From positions 2,338 to 66,337 of IMG/VR virus record IMGVR_UViG_3300031813_000016: a stretch of 64,000 nt of DNA; one strand, 5' to 3'. Every line of letters begins with the position of its first letter. The stretch's first letter is position 1. The notes under the pieces were generated by a model. That model worked only from the letters and a program-made list of their open reading frames with translations, did no database searches and was not told the origin of the DNA. The position numbers and the translations under genes were made by a program. This document shows positions 46,828-57,297 of this stretch, piece by piece. This stretch comes from a virus. Taxonomy: Duplodnaviria > Caudoviricetes.

Positions 46828-48801
46828 TTAGAATGTACCGCCCATACCTCCGCCGCCCATACCTGACATATCAGGCCCCATACCCATTCCACCAAGACCT
46901 CCCATACCCATTCCACCTTGTTGGTCTTGTTGTGCAATAGCTGGGTCCAAATTCTTTTCAATTTTTTGGTCAACTTCATATTTTTCAACATCATCCCAAT
47001 CAATATTAGTAAGATATTTCTTTTTGCTCCATTCACGTGGAACTCCTACCTCTTCAAGCGAACGTATAAGGTTACAGAGATCAGAAATATGCTTACTTTC
47101 TTGTTCATATTGTAACGCTCTAGGTGTTGCTAAATTAATTGTGCAATCATCTAAAAGTGTAAGAGCTTCTTCGGGATTTATTAAATTATGTATTTTTTGA
47201 ATTAATTCCGAAATATATTCTGATAAATATTTTTGATGAAAAATAATTGTCCTAGCAAAAATTACAGATTCTTCTGATAAAGTGGCTTTAGCATTAATTC
47301 CTTCTTCAATTCCTAAATATGCTGGAGTAACTCCTAGACTTGATATTAGTTGATCTCTAAGCATCTTTATTTCATCACTCTTAGCATGAGTATCTACATT
47401 ACCATCTGTCATTGTTTGAATATCAACAAATGGTTTTCCATCTTTTTGAGGAATAAACACATCCTCAAAAGTCCCTACCATACTCGGAATTGTATCAATA
47501 GTTCCATAACTATCTAAAGAAACTTTTCTTTTCTTTAACTGTTCCTTAAGATGCTCTATCATCTTCTTAGCGTCTCTAGGAAGTCCAATTTCAACCATAA
47601 CTTTTCTTTTTTCAGTTGATCTACTAAGTCTCTGTACTACTAATGCTGTTTCCATAGCAATTATCATTTTAGCAGTAAAATGACATGATTCAAATATTGA
47701 TTCACCATATGGATAAAATTTAGTTGAAGGAACTTTAAAATGTTGCATTCTATCAGGTGAAACATACCTAACATTTATAGATCTAGAATAATCAGAATTA
47801 GCAAGCATTGCAGTAATAATATTTCTTATTTCTCCTTCTGCGTCTCCTAATTCTTTAATCTCAGGAATCTTAGTTTTAATTTTTTGTAATATAGATAAAC
47901 AAATTGAATTTATAGCTTGGTCTTGAACTGAAATCCCAGGATTTATTGCCATCTTTGGAAATACTAAATAACCAAAACAAACTGGAAATAACTCAGTTTG
48001 TAATTTAATAACTTGGCTTGGTTGATAATATAATAAATTAATATTATCAATAGCCATTTTCTCATCTTTTTCAGCATGAAGAGAAACAGATCCACCTTTA
48101 GTGTCATATGATAATTCTTGTAATGTACTAAAATCAAGATTTATTTTTACTGATTTATTTTCTCCAATTCTTTGTTCAAAAGAAACAATACCCGAATCAA
48201 TTGGTTTATCACCATGCATCTTAATTCTTAAACCTTCTGAAACAATAGACTTACTTGTTAATGCAGTTTTAGCATCTGCAATTTCACAGAAGAAATCTCC
48301 ATCTTGTAATGTATTTCTAACAATTAAAGGTAAATTCTTTTCAATTTTTAATTTAGAAATTGTTTCTTGTATAGCAGTACATTTAGAACTAGTACTAGAT
48401 TCACCTTCTAAATATGTTTTAGGTTTAACTTCAAGAGATATTTTTGTAATATCATCTGGTGATAAAATATTATCTACTAAAACACTTAATGCTCTAAAAC
48501 AATAATTGATATAATAAACAATTGCTTCATATGATTTATATCTAGCAAGTCTACCTTGTTGACCAAATGACGCAGGTGATGAAATACCTTGACCAAATAG
48601 ACCTTGATTTCCAGATTCAATGTTTACATCGTTAGTTTGTGAAATAATATGTTTCATCAAATTAATATAAGAATTTCTATTAGCTTGGGATCTGTACAAT
48701 GATATATCTTTAACAGCTTGATCTAACTTAGAGTCAATACTTGTAGTTTTAACACCTACAACTGTAGTTCTAAGTTTATCGAACGTATCTCGTAAGCTCA
48801 T
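46828..48801 (-). CDS. Portal protein (T4 gp20-like)
   Basis: YGESIFE, METALVVQRLSRSTEKRKVMVEIGLP, EDVFIP, QLISSLGV...YL; Gly/Met-rich tail. Confidence 0.85.
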   Translation of the reverse strand: MSLRDTFDKLRTTVVGVKTTSIDSKLDQAVKDISLYRSQANRNSYINLMKHIISQTNDVNIESGNQGLFGQGISSPASFGQQGRLARYKSYEAIVYYINYCFRALSVLVDNILSPDDITKISLEVKPKTYLEGESSTSSKCTAIQETISKLKIEKNLPLIVRNTLQDGDFFCEIADAKTALTSKSIVSEGLRIKMHGDKPIDSGIVSFEQRIGENKSVKINLDFSTLQELSYDTKGGSVSLHAEKDEKMAIDNINLLYYQPSQVIKLQTELFPVCFGYLVFPKMAINPGISVQDQAINSICLSILQKIKTKIPEIKELGDAEGEIRNIITAMLANSDYSRSINVRYVSPDRMQHFKVPSTKFYPYGESIFESCHFTAKMIIAMETALVVQRLSRSTEKRKVMVEIGLPRDAKKMIEHLKEQLKKRKVSLDSYGTIDTIPSMVGTFEDVFIPQKDGKPFVDIQTMTDGNVDTHAKSDEIKMLRDQLISSLGVTPAYLGIEEGINAKATLSEESVIFARTIIFHQKYLSEYISELIQKIHNLINPEEALTLLDDCTINLATPRALQYEQESKHISDLCNLIRSLEEVGVPREWSKKKYLTNIDWDDVEKYEVDQKIEKNLDPAIAQQDQQGGMGMGGLGGMGMGPDMSGMGGGGMGGTF

Positions 48802-48804
48802 TTA

Positions 48805-49251
48805 TTAAGACTCCTTCTCATCTAACTCATTCTTATTATTCATCAAATTATCAGTTGCATTTCTTCTCACTTCATCACCTTCATAAGTGGTATTGAAATA
48901 TTCTGCAATATTAAAAAGTAAATTTTCTTCATCTCCAAAGAAATCAATTAATTCTTTTTTTAATGAAGGTCCTAAAAACTTTAATGTTAAATTAATAAAA
49001 TCTTTTAATGCAGCTTGATACTCATGTTCTTGTAACATTGTAGATTCAAGAGAATAAATCAATATACGATCTTTATGTATAATCTCATATGATTTTTTCA
49101 TTACAAATTCTAAAAGAATCATATATGTTTCAAAATTTTTAATCTGAAATTTTTTATGAATTGAATTAATTTCTTGTTTCTTTAATTGTAATAATTGATA
49201 AATAAATACTGATACTATTATCAAACCACTAACCATACATACATAATTCAT
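48805..49251 (-). CDS. Hypothetical protein with N-terminal TM helix
   Basis: 148 aa. Confidence 0.65.
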   Translation of the reverse strand: MNYVCMVSGLIIVSVFIYQLLQLKKQEINSIHKKFQIKNFETYMILLEFVMKKSYEIIHKDRILIYSLESTMLQEHEYQAALKDFINLTLKFLGPSLKKELIDFFGDEENLLFNIAEYFNTTYEGDEVRRNATDNLMNNKNELDEKES

Positions 49252-49265
49252 TTATTCACTCTCCT

Positions 49266-49520
49266 TTATAAATCACTTATAACATCTTCTTGTATAAACA
49301 TTACTCTTTCTTCCTTAAGTATTTGTTCTTCACAAACCTTAATACCTAAAATTTTTGTAGGACGTAAGATTAAACATCCCTCAGATGTTTCTATAATTGT
49401 AACATTATCTGATTCCATTAAACTACTTATTTCTTTAGTATATTCTTGAATATCTTTATTATCACTATCCTTAATTTCAATTGGTTCAACACCGTTCTGA
49501 TATATAATTATTTTTTTCAT
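49266..49520 (-). CDS. Hypothetical protein
   Basis: Start moved to ATG 49520 (AAAGGA RBS). Confidence 0.65.
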   Translation of the reverse strand: MKKIIIYQNGVEPIEIKDSDNKDIQEYTKEISSLMESDNVTIIETSEGCLILRPTKILGIKVCEEQILKEERVMFIQEDVISDL

Positions 49521-49545
49521 TCTCAATTCCTTTTTTATATTAGAT

Positions 49546-49725
49546 TTACTCTTTTCCAACAACGACGGATGAGAATTCAATATTTACACCCAATGATTTA
49601 ACTCTAGTTTTAATCTGTTGTAATTCATGTTCAGTAATATTAACAACGGTAAATGGGCTTCTTGTTGCTTTACCTTTAATAAAGAAAAATAGATTAGGAG
49701 TTTTAACTTCTACATTATATAACAT
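49546..49725 (-). CDS. Small hypothetical protein (59 aa)
   Basis: MLYNVEVKTPNLFFFIKGKATRSPF...; AAGGA RBS; not in the ORF track. Confidence 0.55.
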   Translation of the reverse strand: MLYNVEVKTPNLFFFIKGKATRSPFTVVNITEHELQQIKTRVKSLGVNIEFSSVVVGKE

Positions 49726-49751
49726 GATTGAGTTATTCCTTTTTGTTGTGC

Positions 49752-49794
49752 AAAAATGACCCCTTCTTAAAAATAAATTTAAGAAGGGGTCATT
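49752..49794 (-). terminator. Intrinsic terminator after the scaffold-like gene
   Basis: aatgaccccttcttaaa/tttaagaaggggtcatt with a minus-strand U-run. Confidence 0.75.
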
Positions 49795-49817
49795 GTAAAT
49801 AAAGAATAAACTATTTG

Positions 49818-50738
49818 TTACATTTTAATAATTCTTTTCTTAGTTGTAAATTTGAGACCTTCTTTTACTTCTTCCTCTCCTTCATCTTCCTCATCTTCTT
49901 TCTTATCTTCTGGATCCTCAAGATCCTCATCTTCATCTAATTCTGCGGTAGGTGATTCATCATCGTCACCTTCAATTTCGTCTTTCATATCAAAATCATC
50001 ATCTTTTTTATCATCATCTTCCATGAAGAGTCTTAAAGCTTCTTTACATTGTTCAAGTTCACCTTCGTCATATTCTCCCATTTGACTAGGTGAAGCAGGA
50101 ATTTTACTTTCACCTAATTTTTCATCTACATCTAATTCATCTTCTTCACCTTCCTTACTATCTTCAGGATCTTCTTCATCTTCCATTTCCTGAATAAGTC
50201 TTTCAATTACAGACTTTTCAACATCATCACCAACGATGTCGTCTTCCAAATCATCAATTGACGGTAAATCCTGGCCACCAGCTTCTTCATTTTCAGGGTC
50301 ATGCATTTCCTGCTCATTTAATTCATCACCATCTTCGTCATCTTCTTTGTCATCTTTAGAATCTTCAGTCTGTTCCCTAAAGATTCTGAATGCTTCTTTA
50401 ACATCAACAATATCTTCACCTGGATCATCAATTTCTTGGCCACCAGCTTCTTCATTGCCCGGATCTTCCATTTCCTGCTCTTTTAATTCTTCTTCATCAC
50501 ACTCATCACCATCCGGCTCTTTCTTATCATCAACTTCAACTTGTTTGTCTTCATCTTCCATGAAGTAATATCTTTCAAGAATAGAACCAGCATCCTTAGC
50601 ATCCCTATGGGTTTCCATTTCGCCATCACCCTTATATGCAAGGATTTTACCAACCATTGGACCCTTTTCTAAATCAGATGCATCATATTCGTTAAGAGCC
50701 TCTTTCAGTAAATCAACATAAGAAACACGCTTTGCCAT
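49818..50738 (-). CDS. Highly acidic scaffold/prohead-core-like protein
   Basis: D/E-rich; many (L/I/F/V)-x-E sites; internal duplication ELKEQEMEDPGNEEAGGQ / ELNEQEMHDPENEEAGGQ. Confidence 0.55.
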   Translation of the reverse strand: MAKRVSYVDLLKEALNEYDASDLEKGPMVGKILAYKGDGEMETHRDAKDAGSILERYYFMEDEDKQVEVDDKKEPDGDECDEEELKEQEMEDPGNEEAGGQEIDDPGEDIVDVKEAFRIFREQTEDSKDDKEDDEDGDELNEQEMHDPENEEAGGQDLPSIDDLEDDIVGDDVEKSVIERLIQEMEDEEDPEDSKEGEEDELDVDEKLGESKIPASPSQMGEYDEGELEQCKEALRLFMEDDDKKDDDFDMKDEIEGDDDESPTAELDEDEDLEDPEDKKEDEEDEGEEEVKEGLKFTTKKRIIKM

Positions 50739-50838
50739 TAGTAAATCCTCCTGATGAATAGAAGTGAATTTAACACTTCCTTTTATTTATATTAGTATTT
50801 TGTTCTTTATAGAATTTATTATAAAAATGAGAACCGAT

Positions 50839-52323
50839 CTATAAACTACTACCAAGACCATCAAATCCTAATAAATTTTCACTAGTAACATCTTGCTTTT
50901 TATCATTAGAAACTTTACCTACACTTAAGAATCTAAATGTTGTAAAGTCAACTTTAAAATCAACATTAACATTTGACTTTCCATTTCTATTTTTTGCAAC
51001 TTTTCCATGAACTATATCCTGGGTTATAGAATCTCTTATCATTAAAAATACAAAGTCAGCATGTTCAACTTTCTTTATAGATTCTGACATTTGATCTAAA
51101 TTCAAATCTTTTGATTCTTGTACTCTATATGCAGATCTACCTAACTGTGTAACTGTTACAATTGGTATATTATAAAATACCGCTAAACTTTTCAACGAAA
51201 CTGTTATTTGCCCTAACTCTAATCTCAATGCATCATATTTTAAATCACTAGATAACAAATCAAGATAATCTAAATATAAACCTCTTATTGAGTCTTTACC
51301 ATAATCTGAAATTATATCATCAAGACACATTGTTAAGTCTAGTGGACTTATTGTCATGGGCCTAAAATATTTAATAATTATTGTAGAATTAGTTTTATTC
51401 AATTCAGCCGCTATAGATTCAGCAATATTGGCTCCACTTATTACATCATTTAAAGCTTGATTTAAACTATACCCTTTTATTTTTTGATATAACCTTAATA
51501 ATGTTTCATCAATTGTATTTTCTAATGTTATATAGATATAAACATTTTTTGTATTTTCTTTTCCATTTGATAAAACTGGTAAATTATTTAAACTCATTGC
51601 TGAATTTAAAATAAAGTTAGCTAATAATGTAGATTTACCAGAACCAGAACCTCCACCCAATATATATAATCTTGAAGGTTCAAACCCTCCATTTAAAATT
51701 TCATTATCAAATATACTAAAACCAGTTGAAGTTGTATTGCCTTTTGAATATTTACTTTTGATTAGTTCCATTACAGAACTACCATTATCTTTACATATAT
51801 CTAATGAACTTGCAGCTTCAATTGCAGTATTCCTATTATTGTCCATTAAATTTGAATATAAGTTTTTAACTACATCTTCATAATCTAATACTACATCATC
51901 TAATGATTCAAATGTACCATCTTTAACTGTTTCTAAAAATTTAGTTAATTTATCATAATTTGAAAATAATGAATTTAATTTTTTTCTTAATCTAATTTGC
52001 TTTACATTATCAAATAAAACTATATCATTTATTTCTTCTGTTATTTTTTGATTTAAAAAATCAGTGTATTGTTTATACTTTTCAGTTAAACATAAACTGT
52101 CCAATATATTCTCATTTGTCTTATCTCCTAATTTCATGTCACATACTTTTAGAAGACATTCAACTTTATTCTGCATTGTGACTGGAATAGTTATTTTTTC
52201 TTTTTTAACATAGAAATTAACTGTTTCTAATATATCTCTAAATAAAGCCTTATCTTTCTTAACACTAGAACTTTTACATAATACAACTGAGAAACAACTG
52301 TTTAGGAAAGAATCTGTTATCAT
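50839..52323 (-). CDS. DnaB-like replicative helicase (T4 gp41-like)
   Basis: STGFS.FD...GGFE..RLYILGGGSGSGKST, YITLE, LYLDYLDL, IVTVTQLGR, MSESIKKVEHADF, KNRNG. Confidence 0.9.
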   Translation of the reverse strand: MITDSFLNSCFSVVLCKSSSVKKDKALFRDILETVNFYVKKEKITIPVTMQNKVECLLKVCDMKLGDKTNENILDSLCLTEKYKQYTDFLNQKITEEINDIVLFDNVKQIRLRKKLNSLFSNYDKLTKFLETVKDGTFESLDDVVLDYEDVVKNLYSNLMDNNRNTAIEAASSLDICKDNGSSVMELIKSKYSKGNTTSTGFSIFDNEILNGGFEPSRLYILGGGSGSGKSTLLANFILNSAMSLNNLPVLSNGKENTKNVYIYITLENTIDETLLRLYQKIKGYSLNQALNDVISGANIAESIAAELNKTNSTIIIKYFRPMTISPLDLTMCLDDIISDYGKDSIRGLYLDYLDLLSSDLKYDALRLELGQITVSLKSLAVFYNIPIVTVTQLGRSAYRVQESKDLNLDQMSESIKKVEHADFVFLMIRDSITQDIVHGKVAKNRNGKSNVNVDFKVDFTTFRFLSVGKVSNDKKQDVTSENLLGFDGLGSSL

Positions 52324-52371
52324 CCAATCCCTCCTTTTTATAATATGTTCCTATCAACATTTATTAAATCC

Positions 52372-52683
52372 TTATTTAGAATTTAATTTTATAGCATTTT
52401 CATTAATGATTTTAAGTTGATCGTCTAATTTTTGTTTTTCTGCCTTTAATGATCTTAATTCATTTTCTAAATTAGGGTCAGGTTTTTTATTATTAGCACT
52501 TCGATCTTGATAATTCCATATTCTCTCTTGTAACTGGTCTGATCTATCTGAAATTATTTTTTGATCAAGTCTCATTTCTAAATTTTTCATTTCAAATGAA
52601 TGCGCATATCTATCATCTATTGCTACATATGCTCCACCTAATGCTATAATAATTCCCAATATAGTAAGTATTCGTGTTATCAT
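52372..52683 (-). CDS. N-terminal TM + coiled-coil protein
   Basis: ILTILGIIIALGGAYVAI, then heptads. Confidence 0.6.
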   Translation of the reverse strand: MITRILTILGIIIALGGAYVAIDDRYAHSFEMKNLEMRLDQKIISDRSDQLQERIWNYQDRSANNKKPDPNLENELRSLKAEKQKLDDQLKIINENAIKLNSK

Positions 52684-52686
52684 TTA

Positions 52687-53115
52687 TTATTCTCCTTCTT
52701 TAATATTTGTAGATCCATAACCATTAATTCCTCTTTCTGAGTCTGATAATTCTTCAACTACTTCAAATTCTATTTTACGATATGGTATAATAATCATTTG
52801 ACCAATTCTATCACCTACATTATATTTTTCTCCAAAATCTAAATATTTGAAGCGAAAGGTTATTGGACCACGATATCCGCTATCAACCACCCCAACAGAG
52901 TTTGCTAAAATTAATCCCTTATCAGATATAGAACTTCTTGGAAATAATAACCCAACATACCCATACGGGACTTCTATAGCTATACCGGTTTCATATTCAA
53001 TATAATTTAATTTTTCATTAACTTTGATACAAGTAAAATCTAAACCAGCATCGCCAGGTTTTGCATATTTTGGCGTAATTGCATCTTGGTGTAATTTCTT
53101 TATTTTAACCTTCAT
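52687..53115 (-). CDS. dut: Trimeric dUTPase
   Basis: AGLDF, TGIA, LFPRSS, GVVDSGYRG, RIGQMII, RG.NGYGST. Confidence 0.95.
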   Translation of the reverse strand: MKVKIKKLHQDAITPKYAKPGDAGLDFTCIKVNEKLNYIEYETGIAIEVPYGYVGLLFPRSSISDKGLILANSVGVVDSGYRGPITFRFKYLDFGEKYNVGDRIGQMIIIPYRKIEFEVVEELSDSERGINGYGSTNIKEGE

Positions 53116-53256
53116 TTTTAATCTCCATTTTATTCATATAAATTCTAATTCGTTCTATAAGTTCTTCTCTAGTTCCTGTTGTTTCTAACCTACAGTTTCA
53201 CATATATTTTTAAATTCTTCTGTTGGTATAAAATCAAGAGCTTGTATAGTTTTCAT
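53105..53256 (-). pseudogene. Frameshifted SAP-domain-like ORF
   Basis: MKTIQALDFIPTEEFKNICETVG then TAG; one added base gives LETTGTREELIERIRIY (SAP consensus GL...G.K.ELI.RL). Confidence 0.5.
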
Positions 53257-53258
53257 TT

Positions 53259-53642
53259 TTATTCATCCTTATAATTTAACTTTTCTAAATTAATATTATC
53301 TTGAACTTCTCTATTTTCTTTCTCTCTAAGAATTAATTCTAATTCAGCTAATGCATTCCAAGCCTCATGTGCTTTATGTAAAAATCCACTATCTCTATCA
53401 TTTTCTTCAATTGCACCATACAGAATATGTCTGTTCTTCGCATCATTATATCTTTCAATACCATTTGGAACTTCTAACCATCCATGAGCTGTATATTTAT
53501 TAGCTCCAAAAGTACATATCTTTGAAACTTCTAAAAGAGCTCTAGCAAAATCATTGAATAAAAGTCCAACTCTTAACTTACCTGCATCTACTTTAGCTCC
53601 TGTTTCATGCTGATCTTTTCCATGTGGGTCTTTTTCTTCCAT
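53259..53642 (-). CDS. dATP/dGTP diphosphohydrolase (DUF5664 family)
   Basis: GAKVDAGKLRVGLL..ALLEVSKI.TFGANKY...W...RY..A..RH...DSG.LH.AH.AWN.LA.LEL. Confidence 0.85.
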   Translation of the reverse strand: MEEKDPHGKDQHETGAKVDAGKLRVGLLFNDFARALLEVSKICTFGANKYTAHGWLEVPNGIERYNDAKNRHILYGAIEENDRDSGFLHKAHEAWNALAELELILREKENREVQDNINLEKLNYKDE

Positions 53643-53646
53643 CTAT

Positions 53647-53949
53647 TTATTCTCCTCTTTTCTTTTGAAATAACATTACTATAACTTCTCTTGTTAATTC
53701 CATTGGATATTCTTTAGTCAATTCTTTAAATTCATTTTGAATATTTATTATTTCAATTAATTTTTTTAATTCCTTAAAATTAGTACATGGTTTATTATCA
53801 TTATTAACATATAATGATTCTGTTATTAAATCTATTCCATATTTAGTAACTAAATCTTGTAATTTACATTTTATATCATCTCTAGCCATAACTTCATTAA
53901 ATTTAATCATATCTTTATGAGCTAGTTGTTTCCTTTCATATTCAGTCAT
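53647..53949 (-). CDS. Hypothetical protein
   Basis: 100 aa. Confidence 0.65.
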   Translation of the reverse strand: MTEYERKQLAHKDMIKFNEVMARDDIKCKLQDLVTKYGIDLITESLYVNNDNKPCTNFKELKKLIEIINIQNEFKELTKEYPMELTREVIVMLFQKKRGE

Positions 53950-54217
53950 TTATATTTTTCTCCTTAAATATTTCTTCTAATACTTCTTGTTTCATTTTAC
54001 TAGGATAACTACTTGTCATATCAAACCAATCATTATGTATTTTATATAAAATTTCACCTTCATGTTCATCATATTCATAACAACCATAATAATTTGATAA
54101 TACTAAATATATTTTTTCTTCACTACAACTTGATAATAGTAATAATATCTCATAACAATTTCTAATTTCTTTTTTACCTCTTTCAATGTTATCTTTGACC
54201 CATTGTTCTTCTTCCAT
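53942..54217 (-). CDS. Hypothetical protein
   Basis: 91 aa. Confidence 0.6.
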   Translation of the reverse strand: MEEEQWVKDNIERGKKEIRNCYEILLLLSSCSEEKIYLVLSNYYGCYEYDEHEGEILYKIHNDWFDMTSSYPSKMKQEVLEEIFKEKNIND

Positions 54218-54246
54218 AATTTAAATAACCCTTAAACATTCTGTCC

Positions 54247-55731
54247 TTAAACTAATTTAATTTCTAAAAATTTTAAAACTAAATTAGAGTGCATTACAGA
54301 GAATAATTGCTCTTTACTTGGATGACTAGAACTTAAATTATTCAAGTACATAGCCTTAACCAATTGTTTTGCTTCTAAAAAACTTTGTTTTCCATAATCT
54401 TTTGATTCTTCTAAGAAGAGGCAAAATTCAACTTTAAGCCAATTTAATTGTCTAAAAGAAATTCTTTTAACATTAGAAATTGCTCTACAATGTTCTAAGA
54501 TTCTCTTATTAAACTTTTCTATTAAATTAGTTTTATCTTTCAATCTAGAATAAATTGTTTTTCTTAAAATATTTAAAGCACCATTTACATCTGAATGTAT
54601 AACAACATCTTTTACTTTAAATAATCCCCTTGTGATTCTTTTTCCTTCATAAATTTTATGTTTATTTATTTCTTCTAATATAATTGATGAACACTTACTA
54701 GTATACCACTCAGATATTTCATAAACGGATATTGAATTTTTATTCCCTTGAAATTTTAAATAATTTTTAAAATAACTAAATGGAATCATATTCCAAAGTT
54801 TTCTAATTCCTTTACTTAATTGATTTTTTGTCATTATTGATTTTACATTTCCAATACTCAATCTATTTATTCCTAAATTTTTTAAATATTGTATAATTCT
54901 TATGGCTATTAATTTTAGTTGAGATTTAAAATTATTTTTAACTTTTTGTCTATAAACTTTATATTTTTCTTCACTTTTATATTTACTAGATTTTTTAAAC
55001 AATTTTAAATTTTCATAAACTAATTCCTTCAAATCAAATAATATTGGTTTAAAGTTTATATCATCTATTAAACAAATATTATCTAACCCAATATCAATAG
55101 AAGCAAATTTTAAATCTTCGTTTTTTATAACTTTTTTATATTTAATTTCTTTTTGTTTCATAAAGTAAATAAACCATTTACCTTGTAAATATCTAAATTC
55201 TAAATAAAATTTATCACTAGTTTCTCTTATATATTTTAACATTTTTTGATTTAATTGGAATTCTATTCCTCTTGGAAATTTTCTATCTTTAATTTTTTGA
55301 ATATTACAAATATATAATTTTCCATCATCTTTGATTATAAATCCCTGGCTATTAGGATCTACAACCGTAAAACCTCTGAATTCAATTTCGTGGTGATATT
55401 GTTTATGCGGACTTAAAATTATACTTTTAGCATTTTGAATAGCTTGTGGTAATATATTCATAGAAATTCTAGTTGGTAATTTATCATAATGATATCTAAA
55501 AATTCTTGTTGGAATTTCACATGGTATCTTTTTTCCAATAAAATTACTAATATTATCAAAGTATTTTTCTAATGTTTTCTTATTTCCACCATAATTTCTA
55601 TATCCAAAATAAACTAACCATTTTGTTAATTGATTAAAAGCTCTTTGATAATGGTGTGAGTAGTACGTAAGATATGCATCTTGATAAGAATTAGTCCTTA
55701 ATTTTTGAATAGAAACAGAATTAACTTTCAT
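54247..55731 (-). mobile_element. tnpB: TnpB-family RNA-guided endonuclease (IS200/IS605/IS607 OrfB) with rearranged RuvC-II; no transposase nearby
   Basis: RuvC-I SIDIG, LSIGN at the canonical Glu site, EWYTSKC, RITRGLF, HSDVNGALNILRK. ATG 55731 overlaps the RHH stop. Confidence 0.85.
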
Positions 55732-55855
55732 ATTTTTTAATAAGATCCTTAATTGCCTCTTCAATTAAACATTTAATTTTCATACCTTTTTTATTAGCTA
55801 TTTCTTTTAATTTTTCATGAAGATTTTCATCTAAATAACTTGTAAAAAGTTTCAT
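55721..55855 (-). CDS. Ribbon-helix-helix protein (44 aa), translationally coupled to tnpB
   Basis: MKLFTSYLDENLHEKLKEIANKKGMKIKCLIEEAIKDLIKKYES; AAGGAG RBS; not in the ORF track. Confidence 0.8.
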   Translation of the reverse strand: MKLFTSYLDENLHEKLKEIANKKGMKIKCLIEEAIKDLIKKYES

Positions 55856-55914
55856 AATTCTCCTTTAAATATAAAATATTTTATTTATATATTTGTTCTA
55901 TATTAAAGTACATA

Positions 55915-57288
55915 TTAGATCTTTAATGTACGATGTTGATCCATCATCTCAGTAAATTCATCTTTAGCTAAGAATTTTTCTACTAAATATTTACAAAAAT
56001 CTTCGTCTAAATTAGTTAGCATATCTAATGATCTTAATACACTATTTGACTTGCTTGTTTGTTTTCTTGTGATCTTTCCACTATTTAAACATTGGGTCAC
56101 AAATTGAATCTTGTTATGTAATAATTCGTTATCACTAGATTCATAAATATCATAAATTTCTTGAGCTTTAACTTTTAGTAATTTTTCAACTTGATTATAA
56201 ATATCTAAAATATATAACAAAGAATAAACTCTTATTTCAGAAAAAAATGTTCCTGTTTTTTTATCATATATTTCATTCATTTCTAATTCTCTGAAGTTAT
56301 GATTTTTAGCCATAATATTTATTTTTTCTTTATAAATATCAATAACTTTTTTCTCGCTATGATGTCTTAAATTTAAAAAATCACTTCTTAAGTTTATTTT
56401 TTTTATTTTTTCGTCATCCAACACATGTAACATTCTTCCAACCATTAATCCTTTAAACATGCCGGAAGAATCAAATGTTATATTCAATTCAATACCATGT
56501 ACTTTTAATACATGTAATTTGAATAACTCATAAAATAAAATATCTCTAAATGTTGCTCCACCTAATATATGGAAATGTAAAAAATTTCTACCAAACTTTT
56601 TAGCTTGATTTATTAATGGAATTAATGGTAAACAATATATAATACAAGGTATAGCAGAGTCGGATGACATATTAGCAACAATACCACCAGTTGCATGATA
56701 TTGAAATTGATTAAACATATCATCTTCATTTAAAATCTTTGTATAAATTTCCCATAATTTAGGAGTTCTAAAATGATGAATGTATATTATTTTATCTCTC
56801 ACATTTTTTGGTAAATTCATTGCTTCAGTATATGATGATTTATTCAAATTAAATACATCATCAAAGTCTCTAAATACTGTACAATTTGGACCTGGCGGTA
56901 AATCTAAAATAAAAGCTCTGTCATAACAATCATTATGGTCAACTAAAAAATGATAATAAATATCTTTCAATATTTCCATTTCTCTTCTATTTAATAAACC
57001 AATAGAAACTTGGAATGCACCACTATCAACATAAAATAAACTTTTATTGAAGAAATCAAATCTTCTACATTTGTTAAATACTTCTGCTTCTTTTTCACTA
57101 TAATTGGTATATGATTTTCGACCAGGAAAGTTTTGTCCAAAAGAATGAAGAAATTTATTAGAACTATTTAAGAAAAAATTATCAATAATAGGTCTATCAA
57201 AATGATTCTTATTTTCATCACTTCTAATAAATTTATCAAGTATACTTCCTAAGGTCTCAAATCCTGCACATATATAACTAGACGTCAT
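55915..57288 (-). CDS. tRNA-guanine transglycosylase-fold protein, DpdA-like
   Basis: FYVDSGAFQ, FILDLP, HATGG, HFHILG, TFDSS in TGT motif order. Confidence 0.65.
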   Translation of the reverse strand: MTSSYICAGFETLGSILDKFIRSDENKNHFDRPIIDNFFLNSSNKFLHSFGQNFPGRKSYTNYSEKEAEVFNKCRRFDFFNKSLFYVDSGAFQVSIGLLNRREMEILKDIYYHFLVDHNDCYDRAFILDLPPGPNCTVFRDFDDVFNLNKSSYTEAMNLPKNVRDKIIYIHHFRTPKLWEIYTKILNEDDMFNQFQYHATGGIVANMSSDSAIPCIIYCLPLIPLINQAKKFGRNFLHFHILGGATFRDILFYELFKLHVLKVHGIELNITFDSSGMFKGLMVGRMLHVLDDEKIKKINLRSDFLNLRHHSEKKVIDIYKEKINIMAKNHNFRELEMNEIYDKKTGTFFSEIRVYSLLYILDIYNQVEKLLKVKAQEIYDIYESSDNELLHNKIQFVTQCLNSGKITRKQTSKSNSVLRSLDMLTNLDEDFCKYLVEKFLAKDEFTEMMDQHRTLKI

Positions 57289-57297
57289 CTTATACTC

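Noticed and set aside
46818-50568. ORFs 46818, 46918, 48101, 49852, 50236
   Set aside because: Frame or antisense artefacts of the portal gene and the acidic low-complexity gene (Ser-rich shadows of GAA/GAT codons).
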